From positions 12,333 to 76,332 of the forward strand of contig JBBRAK010000002.1 of the NCBI GenBank assembly GCA_038206875.1: 64,000 nt of DNA, in the 5' to 3' direction. The translations under genes and the position numbers were made by a program. This document shows, in pieces, positions 17,145 to 26,159 of the stretch. Under the pieces are notes generated by a model. The model saw only the letters and a program-made list of their open reading frames with translations, did not search any database and was not told where the DNA came from. Positions within the stretch are counted from its first letter, which is position 1. Every line of letters starts with the position of its first letter. Origin of the DNA: Candidatus Saccharimonadales bacterium. Lineage in GTDB: Bacteria; Patescibacteriota; Saccharimonadia; Saccharimonadales; JBBQAJ01.

Positions 17145-19295
17145 GTGTTAAACGACTTATTGGCGGGGCTTAACCCGGAACAAATGCGGGCTGTAGAAGC
17201 CACCGAAGGACCTCTGCTAATTCTTGCTGGAGCAGGAAGTGGCAAGACCAAAACACTCACCCACCGGATTGCTCACTTGATAGCTTCACGTAAAGCGACA
17301 CCCTACAATATATTGGCGGTAACTTTTACCAACAAAGCAGCTAAAGAAATGCGCGAACGGGTTGCTGAGCTGACGGGGGAAAATGCACAGATCCGCAGTT
17401 TTATGCCTTACATGGGAACATTCCACGGGATTTGTGTCCGTATCCTTAGGCAAGATGGCGAACACGTGCATGTTCCAAAAAACTTTGTAATATTTGACGA
17501 AAGTGACCGGCAAAGTGCAGTAAAACAAGCTAGCAAACAGCTCATGCTGGACGAAAAGGCCTATACTTCTAGGGCAATTTCTAGCTTGATAAGTAGTGCC
17601 AAAAACGAACTTATTTCTCCTGCCAACTATGCAGGCATGGGCAGTGGCCCTTTGCATAAAGCGGCCGCTCAGGTATATCCTCTGTACCAAAAAATTCTAA
17701 AAGATAATCAAGCACTAGATTTTGATGATTTAATTGGCAGGGTAGTACAACTTCTTCAAACAAACCAAGAGATTCGAGATAAATGGCGTAAACAGTTTGT
17801 ATATATAATGATAGACGAATATCAAGATACCAATGCAGCGCAGTACAAGCTGATAAAACTTCTCACTAACGACAAACACAACATCGCGGTAGTTGGTGAC
17901 GATTGGCAAAGTATTTACAGTTGGCGGGGAGCTGATTTTCGAAACATACTAAATTTCGAAAAAGACTATCCAAAAGCCACCATTATAAAACTTGAGCAAA
18001 ACTATCGAAGTACAAAATCTATTTTGGACGCTGCACATGCCGTAATTACCAAAAACGATCATCGCTCGGACAAAAAATTATGGACAGACCTCGGAGCAGG
18101 CAAGCCAGTTCAAATTACCCAAATTAATAGCGAACGGGCAGAGGGTGAAGCCATTATACGGCGAGTAAAAACGGCAACAGACATAAAAGCCCGTAGCTTC
18201 AAAGATTTTGCAGTCCTATATCGTACAAATGCCCAGAGTCGTGCTATAGAAGAGTCATTTATACGCTACGGTGTGCCTTACAGAATTGTTGGTGGACAGC
18301 GGTTTTATGACCGCAAAGAAATAAAAGATATTATGGCCTATTTACGGTTGATTTATCAGCCATCTGACAGAGTAAGTTTTGCACGTATAGTTAACGTACC
18401 TGGGCGAGGAATAGGAGCAAAATCAGTAGAAAATTTCTTTACATGGGCACAGAGCAATGAATTTTCATTGCAGGGCGCACTGCAAAGTGTGAAAAATTTA
18501 CCAGGATTAACTAACAAAGCTCGTGCAGGGTTTTTGGAACTCTCTGACGTCGTGAATTCTTTTAGAGAAATTATGGACAAAACACCTCTGCCAGTTTTGC
18601 TTGACAGTTTGTTGCGCAGGCTGGACTACATGTCATTTCTAGATGACAAAACACCGCAGGGTGATTCACGCCAGGAAAATGTAAAAGAACTTCTGAGCGT
18701 AGCCAAAAGTTATCAGGATGTGGGACTGGACGGGTTTTTGGAAGAAGTTGCGTTGATTAGCGACATAGACAGTGCTGATTTTGGCAACAACGCCGTCACT
18801 CTCATGACTCTGCATGCCGCCAAAGGCTTGGAATTTCCTGTAGTTTTTATGATAGGTATGGAAGAAACCTTATTCCCACATTCCCGAGCGCTTTACGACC
18901 AAGCCGAGATGGAAGAAGAACGACGGTTGTGCTACGTTGGTATGACCAGGGCCAAAGAAGAGCTAAATTTGCTACACGCCAGCAGTAGGCTTTTGTACGG
19001 GGGCATGCAACATAACCCGCCGTCTAGGTTTCTATCAGAAATAGACGGCGAAACCAACTTAGTCGGTGATTTTGGCGAACCAAACAACTACCAACCGTCT
19101 ATTGGGTTGCATGCTGAGGCAGAAGGTGAGGTACGATATGCACCAGATTTGGCCGAAGGTGATGGGGTTGTTCACCAGATATTTGGCAAGGGAACTGTAG
19201 TAGAGCTAGAGGGCGACAATGCCACAATCTACTTCAAAGGCAAAGGCACCAAAAAGCTAAACATAGCGTTCGCCCCGCTAGAAAAGTTGTCCTAA
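17145..19295 (+). CDS. pcrA: ATP-dependent DNA helicase PcrA/UvrD
   Basis: GTG start. Motifs AGAGSGKT, DEYQDTN, QNYRS, TLHAAKGLEF, YVGMTRAKE. Confidence 0.92.
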   Translation: MLNDLLAGLNPEQMRAVEATEGPLLILAGAGSGKTKTLTHRIAHLIASRKATPYNILAVTFTNKAAKEMRERVAELTGENAQIRSFMPYMGTFHGICVRILRQDGEHVHVPKNFVIFDESDRQSAVKQASKQLMLDEKAYTSRAISSLISSAKNELISPANYAGMGSGPLHKAAAQVYPLYQKILKDNQALDFDDLIGRVVQLLQTNQEIRDKWRKQFVYIMIDEYQDTNAAQYKLIKLLTNDKHNIAVVGDDWQSIYSWRGADFRNILNFEKDYPKATIIKLEQNYRSTKSILDAAHAVITKNDHRSDKKLWTDLGAGKPVQITQINSERAEGEAIIRRVKTATDIKARSFKDFAVLYRTNAQSRAIEESFIRYGVPYRIVGGQRFYDRKEIKDIMAYLRLIYQPSDRVSFARIVNVPGRGIGAKSVENFFTWAQSNEFSLQGALQSVKNLPGLTNKARAGFLELSDVVNSFREIMDKTPLPVLLDSLLRRLDYMSFLDDKTPQGDSRQENVKELLSVAKSYQDVGLDGFLEEVALISDIDSADFGNNAVTLMTLHAAKGLEFPVVFMIGMEETLFPHSRALYDQAEMEEERRLCYVGMTRAKEELNLLHASSRLLYGGMQHNPPSRFLSEIDGETNLVGDFGEPNNYQPSIGLHAEAEGEVRYAPDLAEGDGVVHQIFGKGTVVELEGDNATIYFKGKGTKKLNIAFAPLEKLS
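19232..19276 (+). repeat. copy 1 of a 45-bp perfect direct repeat (inside the pcrA 3' end)
   Basis: CTTCAAAGGCAAAGGCACCAAAAAGCTAAACATAGCGTTCGCCCC, identical to 19375-19419. Confidence 0.95.
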
Positions 19296-19374
19296 AAAGG
19301 GAAAAGAGCAACCAGACAAAATGTATTCCATTTTGCCTGCGTGATGAGAAAAACCGTAGGTTTGTCTTATGGGT

Positions 19375-19419
19375 CTTCAAAGGCAAAGGCACCAAAAAGC
19401 TAAACATAGCGTTCGCCCC
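19375..19419 (+). repeat. copy 2 of the 45-bp perfect direct repeat (intergenic)
   Basis: Identical 45-mer 143 bp downstream of copy 1. Similarity continues imperfectly for about 10 more nt (ctcgaaaag vs ctagaaaag). Confidence 0.95.
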
Positions 19420-19542
19420 CCTCGAAAAGATCTAAACTTTGAGTCTATGCGCATAGCTTAATAAGGGGTGATTTGTTAATATATTCAAGTGCTAAGCGTG
19501 AGAATTAATTAGTCACTACCAGAGCTCACAAAATCCATTTTT

Positions 19543-20757
19543 ATGATCAAGAATAAATTCTACAGACATGACAAAACACCCCGTGAAATTCACAAGCACC
19601 CGTTTGTGGTGCCAGTAGTTACGTTTATATTGCTAAGTTTTATCACTATGTTTGGACTGGTAGCACTAAATGGCCGTACTATTGGTCCCGACGACGCCCA
19701 CGTAGTCCAGCTTTCGGTAGACGACAAAAAACAAACCATTCCAACCAGGGCCATCTCTGTCGAAGATTTTTTGAAACGCGCAAATGTTGTATTGCAGGAA
19801 GGTGATGTAGTAGAGCCAAGCTCAGACACGTCCATAGATGCCGATAATTTTCGCATAAATGTATACCGGGCAAGACCAATTACTATTTTGGACGGTGATA
19901 AGCGAATCCAAGCTTTAAGTGCCGCTACTACAGCACGAAGTATCGCGAACCAAGCGGGGATTAAAGTGTTTCCAGAAGATGAGTTAAAACAAGAAACATC
20001 CTCTGATGTACTCAGAGACCAAGTCCTTGGCGACAAAATAACTATCAACAGAGCCACGCCAGCCAATCTAAATTTATACGGCACGCCAGTAGTTATAAGA
20101 ACGCACGCAAAAACCGTCAAAGAGTTGCTTAAAGAAAAAAACATAAACTTGAACAATGGCGACACAGTTCAACCAGCGGAAGAAACACCCATAGCACCAG
20201 AAATTCAAGTTTTTGTAACACGAGTCGGTACTCAAATAGTTACAACAGAAGAACCAATTGCTATGGAGGTTCAGACCACCGAAGATTCCAGCCTGAATTT
20301 TGGCGCAACAGCAGTCAGGCAAAAAGGTGCGCCAGGCAAAAAACTTGTTACCTACCAGCTAGAGCTACAAAACGGAACGGAGGTTGGCCGAAAAGTAATT
20401 CAGGAGGTTCGGACTCAGGAGCCGGTTTTGCAAATTGTTGCACGGGGTAAAGCTTTCAACGTTGACAAAGACAAAAGCACGGTCATGGCACTTGCGGGAA
20501 TAAATGTTGCTCGGGATTATCCATACGTTGACTATATAATTAACAAAGAATCACGGTGGAACCCCTTATCAAGAAATGTATCGTCAGGTGCGTACGGCTT
20601 AGGGCAAGCATATCCGGGCAGTAAAATGGCAGTATTTGGCGCGGATTGGGAAACCAACCCCGTCACACAACTAAAATGGGCTAATAGTTATGCGGTGACT
20701 CGTTACGGTAGTTGGTCGGAAGCATATCAACACTGGTTGTCTAGCCATGTCTGGTAA
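19543..20757 (+). CDS. RpfB/YabE-like cell-wall protein (DUF348 repeats, G5, C-terminal transglycosylase-like domain)
   Basis: N-terminal TM, then repeated DUF348-like segments and a G5-like segment (QKGAPGKKLVTYQLELQNG). C-terminal motif YIINKESRWNP..SGAYGLGQA..GSW. Confidence 0.7.
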   Translation: MIKNKFYRHDKTPREIHKHPFVVPVVTFILLSFITMFGLVALNGRTIGPDDAHVVQLSVDDKKQTIPTRAISVEDFLKRANVVLQEGDVVEPSSDTSIDADNFRINVYRARPITILDGDKRIQALSAATTARSIANQAGIKVFPEDELKQETSSDVLRDQVLGDKITINRATPANLNLYGTPVVIRTHAKTVKELLKEKNINLNNGDTVQPAEETPIAPEIQVFVTRVGTQIVTTEEPIAMEVQTTEDSSLNFGATAVRQKGAPGKKLVTYQLELQNGTEVGRKVIQEVRTQEPVLQIVARGKAFNVDKDKSTVMALAGINVARDYPYVDYIINKESRWNPLSRNVSSGAYGLGQAYPGSKMAVFGADWETNPVTQLKWANSYAVTRYGSWSEAYQHWLSSHVW

Positions 20758-21550
20758 CGCTGAACCGATTGCCAAAAAAAGTTTGGGGCAACACTGGCTA
20801 AATGACTTACCAACGCTTGAATATATCTGTGAGGAAGCCAAAATAAATGCTACCGACACAGTGCTAGAAATTGGACCTGGAACCGGTAATTTGACCAAAC
20901 TTTTGGTAAATTATGCCAGCCAAGTCGTGGCTGTAGAGTTTGACCAAAATCTAGCTGACCAGCTACCAAACCGGGTTAAGGCATCGAATTTGCAGGTAGT
21001 TAACCAAGATATACTAAAATTTGACTTAACCAAACTACAGCCAAACTACAAAGTTGTAGCCAACATACCATACTACTTGACCAGTAATTTGATTCGCACT
21101 CTTTCAGAGTCCACCAATCCGCCGATTTCCGCCGTGCTGTTAGTTCAAAAAGAAGTTGCTCAGCGCATATCGGCACCACCGGGTAAAATGTCATTGCTCT
21201 CGGTAAGCGCGCAGTTTTATTGGCATGTTGGACTTGGGGATATTGTACCGGCAAGACTTTTTTCACCACCACCCAAGGTTGATTCGCAGGTGATTACACT
21301 GGATATGCGCCTAGACCCACTTTTTCCAGATGTCGAAGAAAGGCAATTTTTCCGCCTGGTCAAAGCAGGATTTGCTAGTAGGCGAAAAACCCTTCTCAAC
21401 TCTTTGGCAGGGGGGCTCAGAACAGAGAAAGAAGCCGTTCAAAAAGCACTTGATGCGTGTCATATTTCATCTGGTTTACGCGCCCAAGCTTTGTCGCTGG
21501 AAAATTGGTACACGGTCTACAAAACGTTTACCGAACTAGAATTATTGTAA
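20747..21550 (+). CDS. rsmA: 16S rRNA (adenine1518/1519-N6)-dimethyltransferase
   Basis: Motifs LGQHWL and VLEIGPGTGNLT. 267 aa. Confidence 0.9.
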   Translation: MSGNAEPIAKKSLGQHWLNDLPTLEYICEEAKINATDTVLEIGPGTGNLTKLLVNYASQVVAVEFDQNLADQLPNRVKASNLQVVNQDILKFDLTKLQPNYKVVANIPYYLTSNLIRTLSESTNPPISAVLLVQKEVAQRISAPPGKMSLLSVSAQFYWHVGLGDIVPARLFSPPPKVDSQVITLDMRLDPLFPDVEERQFFRLVKAGFASRRKTLLNSLAGGLRTEKEAVQKALDACHISSGLRAQALSLENWYTVYKTFTELELL

Positions 21551-21631
21551 GTCCCCTACCCTTTCAAAAATAAACACTTGACGTGTTAAGTATTATTCAG
21601 CTACACTTGTAGCGTATAAAGGTTTTACTAT

Positions 21632-22096
21632 ATGGGTCCAACAAACAACATCGGTTACCTGCTCCAGCATCTATCTGGCGTTTTGGCCAAACAATCTGAC
21701 CAAGCACTGCAAGAACGGCTAGGGATAGGGTTTTCCCAGTTCAAAATATTGCGCGTTTTACAGCACAGCCCTCATACTCAACAGCGACAAATTGCCGAGT
21801 GGCTAGGTCAAACAGAAGCCAGTATAAGTAGGCAGATAAAACTCATGATAGAAAAAGGACTACTGGTGTCTACTGTAAGCCCCAAAAACCGTCGGGAGCA
21901 TATAACTACACCCACAACTAAAGGTGTGCGTATGACAGAAGAGTCGTTGAACGTGCTTAATTCGACTCACTCAAGCATGTTTAGTGAGCTAGGTGACAAA
22001 CAACAACACCAATTACTAGAGATTTTGTCGTACATGCACCAATACGCCTGTCAGCCTGGCAAAATCGGTGCTTGCCACCACCCTTTTAACACTTAA
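21632..22096 (+). CDS. MarR family transcriptional regulator
   Basis: Winged-helix pattern LRVLQHSPHTQQRQIAEWLGQTEASISRQIKLMIEKGLL. Confidence 0.85.
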   Translation: MGPTNNIGYLLQHLSGVLAKQSDQALQERLGIGFSQFKILRVLQHSPHTQQRQIAEWLGQTEASISRQIKLMIEKGLLVSTVSPKNRREHITTPTTKGVRMTEESLNVLNSTHSSMFSELGDKQQHQLLEILSYMHQYACQPGKIGACHHPFNT

Positions 22097-22121
22097 ATTA
22101 CGAAACATGAGAAGGAGAAAC

Positions 22122-23432
22122 ATGAACGACATCAAACAAAAAATGGCCAGTAGGGCGCTTCCAGCGGTTATATTCACAATTTTTCTAGATGTGCTTGGAG
22201 TTGGGATTTTACTACCAATAATCCCTCAGCTTTTGGCCAACCCTGGTTCAGCATATTATTTACTACCCGCTGGCTGGACTTTCAAGGGCGGATTGATACT
22301 GTTGGGGTGGTTAGTTGCAATTTACCCATTTATGCAGTTTTTATCTACACCAATTCTGGGTCAGTTATCTGACAGGTTCGGTCGTAAAAAAGTATTGGGT
22401 TTTAGTATAGCTGGGACGGCTTTAGGTTATGTATTGTTTGCAATTGGTATCATTACTAGAAACTTACCGTTGCTGTTTTTTAGTCGAGCATTTGACGGAA
22501 TAACTGGTGGAAATTTGAGTGTTGCCCAAGCTGTGATTGCAGACGTGACACCACCAAAAGATCGTACCAAAAATTTTGCACTTATAGGAGCGGCATTTGG
22601 TATGGGTTTTGTCATGGGGCCGTATATTGGCGCCAAACTTGCTACGCCCAACCTCAGCTTTTTTGGACTATTTAACACACCGCATTGGTTCAACCCTGCC
22701 ACACCTTTTTGGTTCACAGCTATACTTAGCGCGTTAAATGTTCTAGTTGTTCTGGTACTACTTCCAGAAACTCACAAACACATGAAAAAAGTAAAAATAA
22801 AAGTAAATCAATCCGTAAAAAACATCATAAAAGCAGCCACTTTCCCGGGACTTAGAGTTGTTTTCCCTTCGATATTTTTGTTCTGGGGTGGATTTGCATT
22901 TTTTCAAACATTTTTTACGGTTTTGCTTATACAAAAGCTCAAATTTAGCCCGAGTAACATTGGTGACTATTTTGCATATGTTGGAATATGGATTGCTATT
23001 ACCCAAGCAATCATAACACCACGAGTCGCAAAACGTTTCAAAAACTACCAAGTTTTGAGAGTCAGTTTGTTTGCGGTCGGGATTGGGCTATTGCTAAACT
23101 TATGGGCGCACAATACAGCTGAACTTTTGTTGGTAACCCCATTATTTGCAGTTTTTGTTGGGCAAACCATTGCCAACAGCACTTCGCTTGTCAGTAACTC
23201 CGTGGGGCCTGAAATACAGGGTGAAGTCCTGGGCATCAACTTCTCAGTTCAAGCTTTGGCGCAGGCCATACCAGCCGCACTTAGTGGGTATTTGGCAGAG
23301 ATTGGTATAAGCGCACCGGTGATTGTCGGTTCTGCGTTTGTGATATCAGGTGGAATTTTGTACTGGACCATCTACAGACCGTCCAAGCATGTCTTGTACG
23401 CCGAATCTGCTCCTGTAAGCGCCAGTCACTAG
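22122..23432 (+). CDS. MFS transporter (drug-efflux type)
   Basis: Start at ATG 22122 with GAAGGAG at 22111-22117. About 12 TM segments. MFS motif A is GQLSDRFGRKKVL. Confidence 0.88.
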   Translation: MNDIKQKMASRALPAVIFTIFLDVLGVGILLPIIPQLLANPGSAYYLLPAGWTFKGGLILLGWLVAIYPFMQFLSTPILGQLSDRFGRKKVLGFSIAGTALGYVLFAIGIITRNLPLLFFSRAFDGITGGNLSVAQAVIADVTPPKDRTKNFALIGAAFGMGFVMGPYIGAKLATPNLSFFGLFNTPHWFNPATPFWFTAILSALNVLVVLVLLPETHKHMKKVKIKVNQSVKNIIKAATFPGLRVVFPSIFLFWGGFAFFQTFFTVLLIQKLKFSPSNIGDYFAYVGIWIAITQAIITPRVAKRFKNYQVLRVSLFAVGIGLLLNLWAHNTAELLLVTPLFAVFVGQTIANSTSLVSNSVGPEIQGEVLGINFSVQALAQAIPAALSGYLAEIGISAPVIVGSAFVISGGILYWTIYRPSKHVLYAESAPVSASH

Positions 23433-23449
23433 CAAACTATTGACATAAG

Positions 23450-23458
23450 TGGTATAAT
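23450..23458 (+). promoter_or_regulatory. extended -10 promoter element for ssrA
   Basis: TGgTATAAT, 26 nt upstream of the mature tmRNA 5' end. Confidence 0.5.
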
Positions 23459-23483
23459 GTATAAACCTCAACAGAGGTAAATT

Positions 23484-23898
23484 GGGGCTGAAATTATGCT
23501 CGACGTTGGACTTTAACAGTTAGATCAGCAGGTCGCTTGTCAGCGTTATAGACAAACAATCGTAATTGCAACAGCTTTTACACGCGCAAAGAACTTTTTG
23601 CAGGACGGTGTAGCAACTTTGGTTGCTTCATTGACACCACAACTATCTTACGCAACTCTTTCAGCTTAATTGTCTGGAAGCATGCCTGAAACGACTCCAG
23701 TTAGTATCGGTGCATGATATATTTTCTGGACGCTCAAATACTCATGACCCATGACATTTGCTAAGACTTAGGGTAATCAGAGACTACTTTTTGGTCATTC
23801 ACCAGTAGACCTTTGATAAATTTAAATGACACAAACCTGTAGGATAGACTAACTAGCTAAACTAGCGGACGCGGGGGCAGTTCCCGCCAGCTCCTCCA
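23484..23898 (+). ncRNA. ssrA: tmRNA (SsrA)
   Basis: 5' GGGGCTGAAATTATGCTCGACG pairs with 3' ..GGACGCGGG-GGCAGTT-CCCGC-CAGCTCC-T-CCA, keeping G3:U70. An internal open frame ends ..LSYATLSA with TAA at 23667-23669 and is the candidate tag. The T-loop and discriminator are atypical. Confidence 0.85.
23880..23898 (+). repeat. direct repeat DR1 (tmRNA 3' end)
   Basis: GTTCCCGCCAGCTCCTCCA. Confidence 0.95.
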
Positions 23899-23908
23899 AA
23901 AAAAAAGT

Positions 23909-23934
23909 GTCTCAGCTCCTGCTGGGACTTTTTT
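23909..23934 (+). terminator. rho-independent terminator after ssrA
   Basis: GTCTCAGC (23909-23916) / GCTGGGAC (23921-23928), loop TCCT, then TTTTTT (23929-23934). Confidence 0.8.
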
Positions 23935-24062
23935 CTTGGGTTGATTCTGGGTGGGAACTGCCCCGAGAGGGTGAGGATTGCCAGATGGGAATCTGCAAGA
24001 GAAATTTCAGACACAAACTAGTTTGTGATATGTAAATTTATAAACAAGTAGCGTAGCTACGT

Positions 24063-24081
24063 GTTCCCGCCAGCTCCTCCA
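24063..24081 (+). repeat. direct repeat DR2 (perfect copy of the tmRNA 3' end)
   Basis: GTTCCCGCCAGCTCCTCCA, identical 19-mer 183 bp downstream of DR1. Confidence 0.95.
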
Positions 24082-24168
24082 TTCTACTTTGCCAAGGCTT
24101 CGTAGAATTGGCTAAGTCGAATGCCCTCCATAGCTTTATGCGACGGAGGGCCTTATTATATAATTTAT

Positions 24169-24408
24169 ATGTATTATGTTTATGTTTTGAAAAGTGAAAA
24201 TAATGAAGCAATTTATACGGGATATACGAGAAATCTAAAAACTAGACTGAGAGAACATAACTCTGGCAAGAGTACACACACAAACAAATATAAACCCTGG
24301 AAAATATTAGTTTACTTTGCGTTTGAAAATGAGAAATCTGCAAGAAATTTCGAAAAATATCTTAAGACCGGTTCTGGAATTGCGTTTGCCCGCAAACATT
24401 TACTCTGA
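24169..24408 (+). CDS. GIY-YIG nuclease family protein (single-domain, YhbQ/UPF0213-like)
   Basis: Start chosen at ATG 24169. MYYVYVLKSENNEAIYTGYTRNLKTRLREHN matches the GIY-YIG core. 79 aa, lying between DR2 and DR3. Confidence 0.8.
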   Translation: MYYVYVLKSENNEAIYTGYTRNLKTRLREHNSGKSTHTNKYKPWKILVYFAFENEKSARNFEKYLKTGSGIAFARKHLL

Positions 24409-24421
24409 GTTTTCCACGCTT

Positions 24422-24439
24422 GTCCCGCCAGCTCTTCCG
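24422..24439 (+). repeat. direct repeat DR3 (degenerate copy of the tmRNA 3' end)
   Basis: GTCCCGCCAGCTCTTCCG. It shares the 12-mer TCCCGCCAGCTC with DR1 and DR2. Confidence 0.7.
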
Positions 24440-24441
24440 TA

Positions 24442-24469
24442 TTGATAAATATTGATAATAGTGTATAAT
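24442..24469 (+). promoter_or_regulatory. sigma70-type promoter abutting the HAD gene start
   Basis: TTGATA (24442-24447), 16-nt spacer, TATAAT (24464-24469). The GTG start at 24477 is only 7 nt downstream, so the mRNA is leaderless or has a very short leader. Confidence 0.45.
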
Positions 24470-24476
24470 ATGCTCT

Positions 24477-25187
24477 GTGAATAAGCCACTTGCGCTATTT
24501 GATGTGGACAAAACGTTATTTGATGGTTTTTCGTATTTCCCTTTGCTGGAAATGCAAGTTAAAGAAGGTTTAGTTGACACCTCTGTGTCACAAGAGGCTG
24601 CGGCTAGTTTGGGGCAATATACCAACGGTCAGTTAGCTTATGAAGGTTTCGTTAAATCGTTACTGGATATGTATGCTATCGGGCTTAAGGGGAGGCCCGT
24701 AGGTGAAGTGTTGGACACGACTGAAGCATTTTTCAACCAAACGGGTGACTTCTTTGGATATGTTAGACCAACGGTAGATGATTTGAGGGCCTCGCATGAA
24801 CTTGGTATTGTAACTGGGGGGACTCAGTTCAGTGCAGAGGCAGTTGGCAAGGTTTTTGGAATAGAAACCACCCTAAGCTCAGTTATGGGGGTAGAAAATG
24901 AGCATCTTACAGGGAACATGGCGTCTTACTTAGCTACGACGCAAGAGAAGAGAGAGGCAATACATCATCTGACAGAAGTTCATCCTTACGGGGGTTCAAT
25001 GGGATTCGGTGACTCTGAGGGTGACACAGAAATGTTACGAGCTATAGAACATGCTGTTTGTATCCAGCCTACACCCGGGCTTCGTGGAATAGCCGTACAG
25101 GAGGGCTGGGCAATCGTTGACTCTCCTGATGAGCTTGCATCAACTACTGGTCTGTGGGTAGTTAAACATGCTCTAGTTGTTGATTAA
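24477..25187 (+). CDS. HAD-IB family hydrolase (SerB-like)
   Basis: GTG start. Motif I FDVDKTL and motif IV GDSEGDTEML. Confidence 0.8.
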   Translation: MNKPLALFDVDKTLFDGFSYFPLLEMQVKEGLVDTSVSQEAAASLGQYTNGQLAYEGFVKSLLDMYAIGLKGRPVGEVLDTTEAFFNQTGDFFGYVRPTVDDLRASHELGIVTGGTQFSAEAVGKVFGIETTLSSVMGVENEHLTGNMASYLATTQEKREAIHHLTEVHPYGGSMGFGDSEGDTEMLRAIEHAVCIQPTPGLRGIAVQEGWAIVDSPDELASTTGLWVVKHALVVD

Positions 25188-25439
25188 CTGATGGGTGTAC
25201 TTAACTAGGAAACTACTAACCTCTTTCGCCTTTCCTCCTCACGTCGATACTCTATCCAGTCATCCCAGAGTAAATACCGCCATCTGCGTATTTCATCAAA
25301 GATGAGGGGTGAACTTTTTACAAGGAACTTCGCTACAATCAACTTTATCTCTGTCGTCTGAGGTTTTTTTGGATATTGTTGCTAAGATATATGTATTGGA
25401 AGATTACATTTCAGAAAACCTAAGAAACGGACCATCAAA

Positions 25440-26117
25440 GTGATTTTTATTATAATTGGCGTTTTGGTAGTGGGCGAGCTTGCGGCGCTTGGATGGCTAG
25501 CGTCCACTGTTTCCTCGTACAAAAACTTTTGGGTACAAAAAGCTAAAGAGTCAGGCGAAATTACGTATTTAGCGCTAGGAGATTCCGCGGCGCAAGGAAT
25601 AGGTGCTACAAGTCCTAGCAGGGGATACGTCGGTCTAATTGGCGCTAGGCTAGAAAAACAGACAAACAAAAAAGTTCGTATTGTCAATTTGAGTAAAACT
25701 GGTGCCAAAATGGAAGACTATCTCAAAGAACAGGCACCCCAAATTAAAGACATAAATGCAGATTATGTGACTATAGAAATCGGTGCAAATGACATTCTTG
25801 GTTTTGACGCTGACAAATATCGCGCCAGTTTTAAGAAAGTACTTGCCACGCTTCCTAATGGGGCATTTGTGTCAAATATGCCTTTGTTTAACAGTCGTCC
25901 ATCCAGCACAAACAATGCCAAACAGGCCAGTAAAATTATCAGTGAAGAGTTGAAGAATTACCCAAAACTTAAATTTGTTGATTTACAGAAACAGGTAGCC
26001 GAACATCAGAGTATTTTTGGTTTTGCACCAGACCTATTTCACCCAAACAACCTGAGCTACAAAAACTGGGCCGAAGCGTTCTGGATAAGTATTAAAACCG
26101 ACAAGCAGTTTAAGTAA
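25440..26117 (+). CDS. SGNH/GDSL hydrolase
   Basis: GTG start and N-terminal TM. Block motifs LALGDSAAQG, IEIGANDI, DLFHPN. Confidence 0.82.
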   Translation: MIFIIIGVLVVGELAALGWLASTVSSYKNFWVQKAKESGEITYLALGDSAAQGIGATSPSRGYVGLIGARLEKQTNKKVRIVNLSKTGAKMEDYLKEQAPQIKDINADYVTIEIGANDILGFDADKYRASFKKVLATLPNGAFVSNMPLFNSRPSSTNNAKQASKIISEELKNYPKLKFVDLQKQVAEHQSIFGFAPDLFHPNNLSYKNWAEAFWISIKTDKQFK

Positions 26118-26159
26118 ACATTACGCGCAGTATTATCTTTATCGCACGTCGTCAATAAA

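Noticed and set aside
19590-20165. Long antisense ORFs nested opposite well-supported genes. This includes 19590-20165 and also 13548-13958, 33991-34449, 45385-45897, 46010-46402, 48532-49005 and 56133-56744.
   Set aside because: Each lies entirely inside a gene on the other strand that has clear family motifs. Their translations are low-complexity or hydrophobic with no motifs. I treated them as shadow ORFs.
23440-23458. An apparent perfect TTGACA and TATAAT pair upstream of ssrA.
   Set aside because: The two hexamers are only 7 nt apart, so they cannot work as a -35/-10 pair. Only the extended -10 (TGgTATAAT) is kept.
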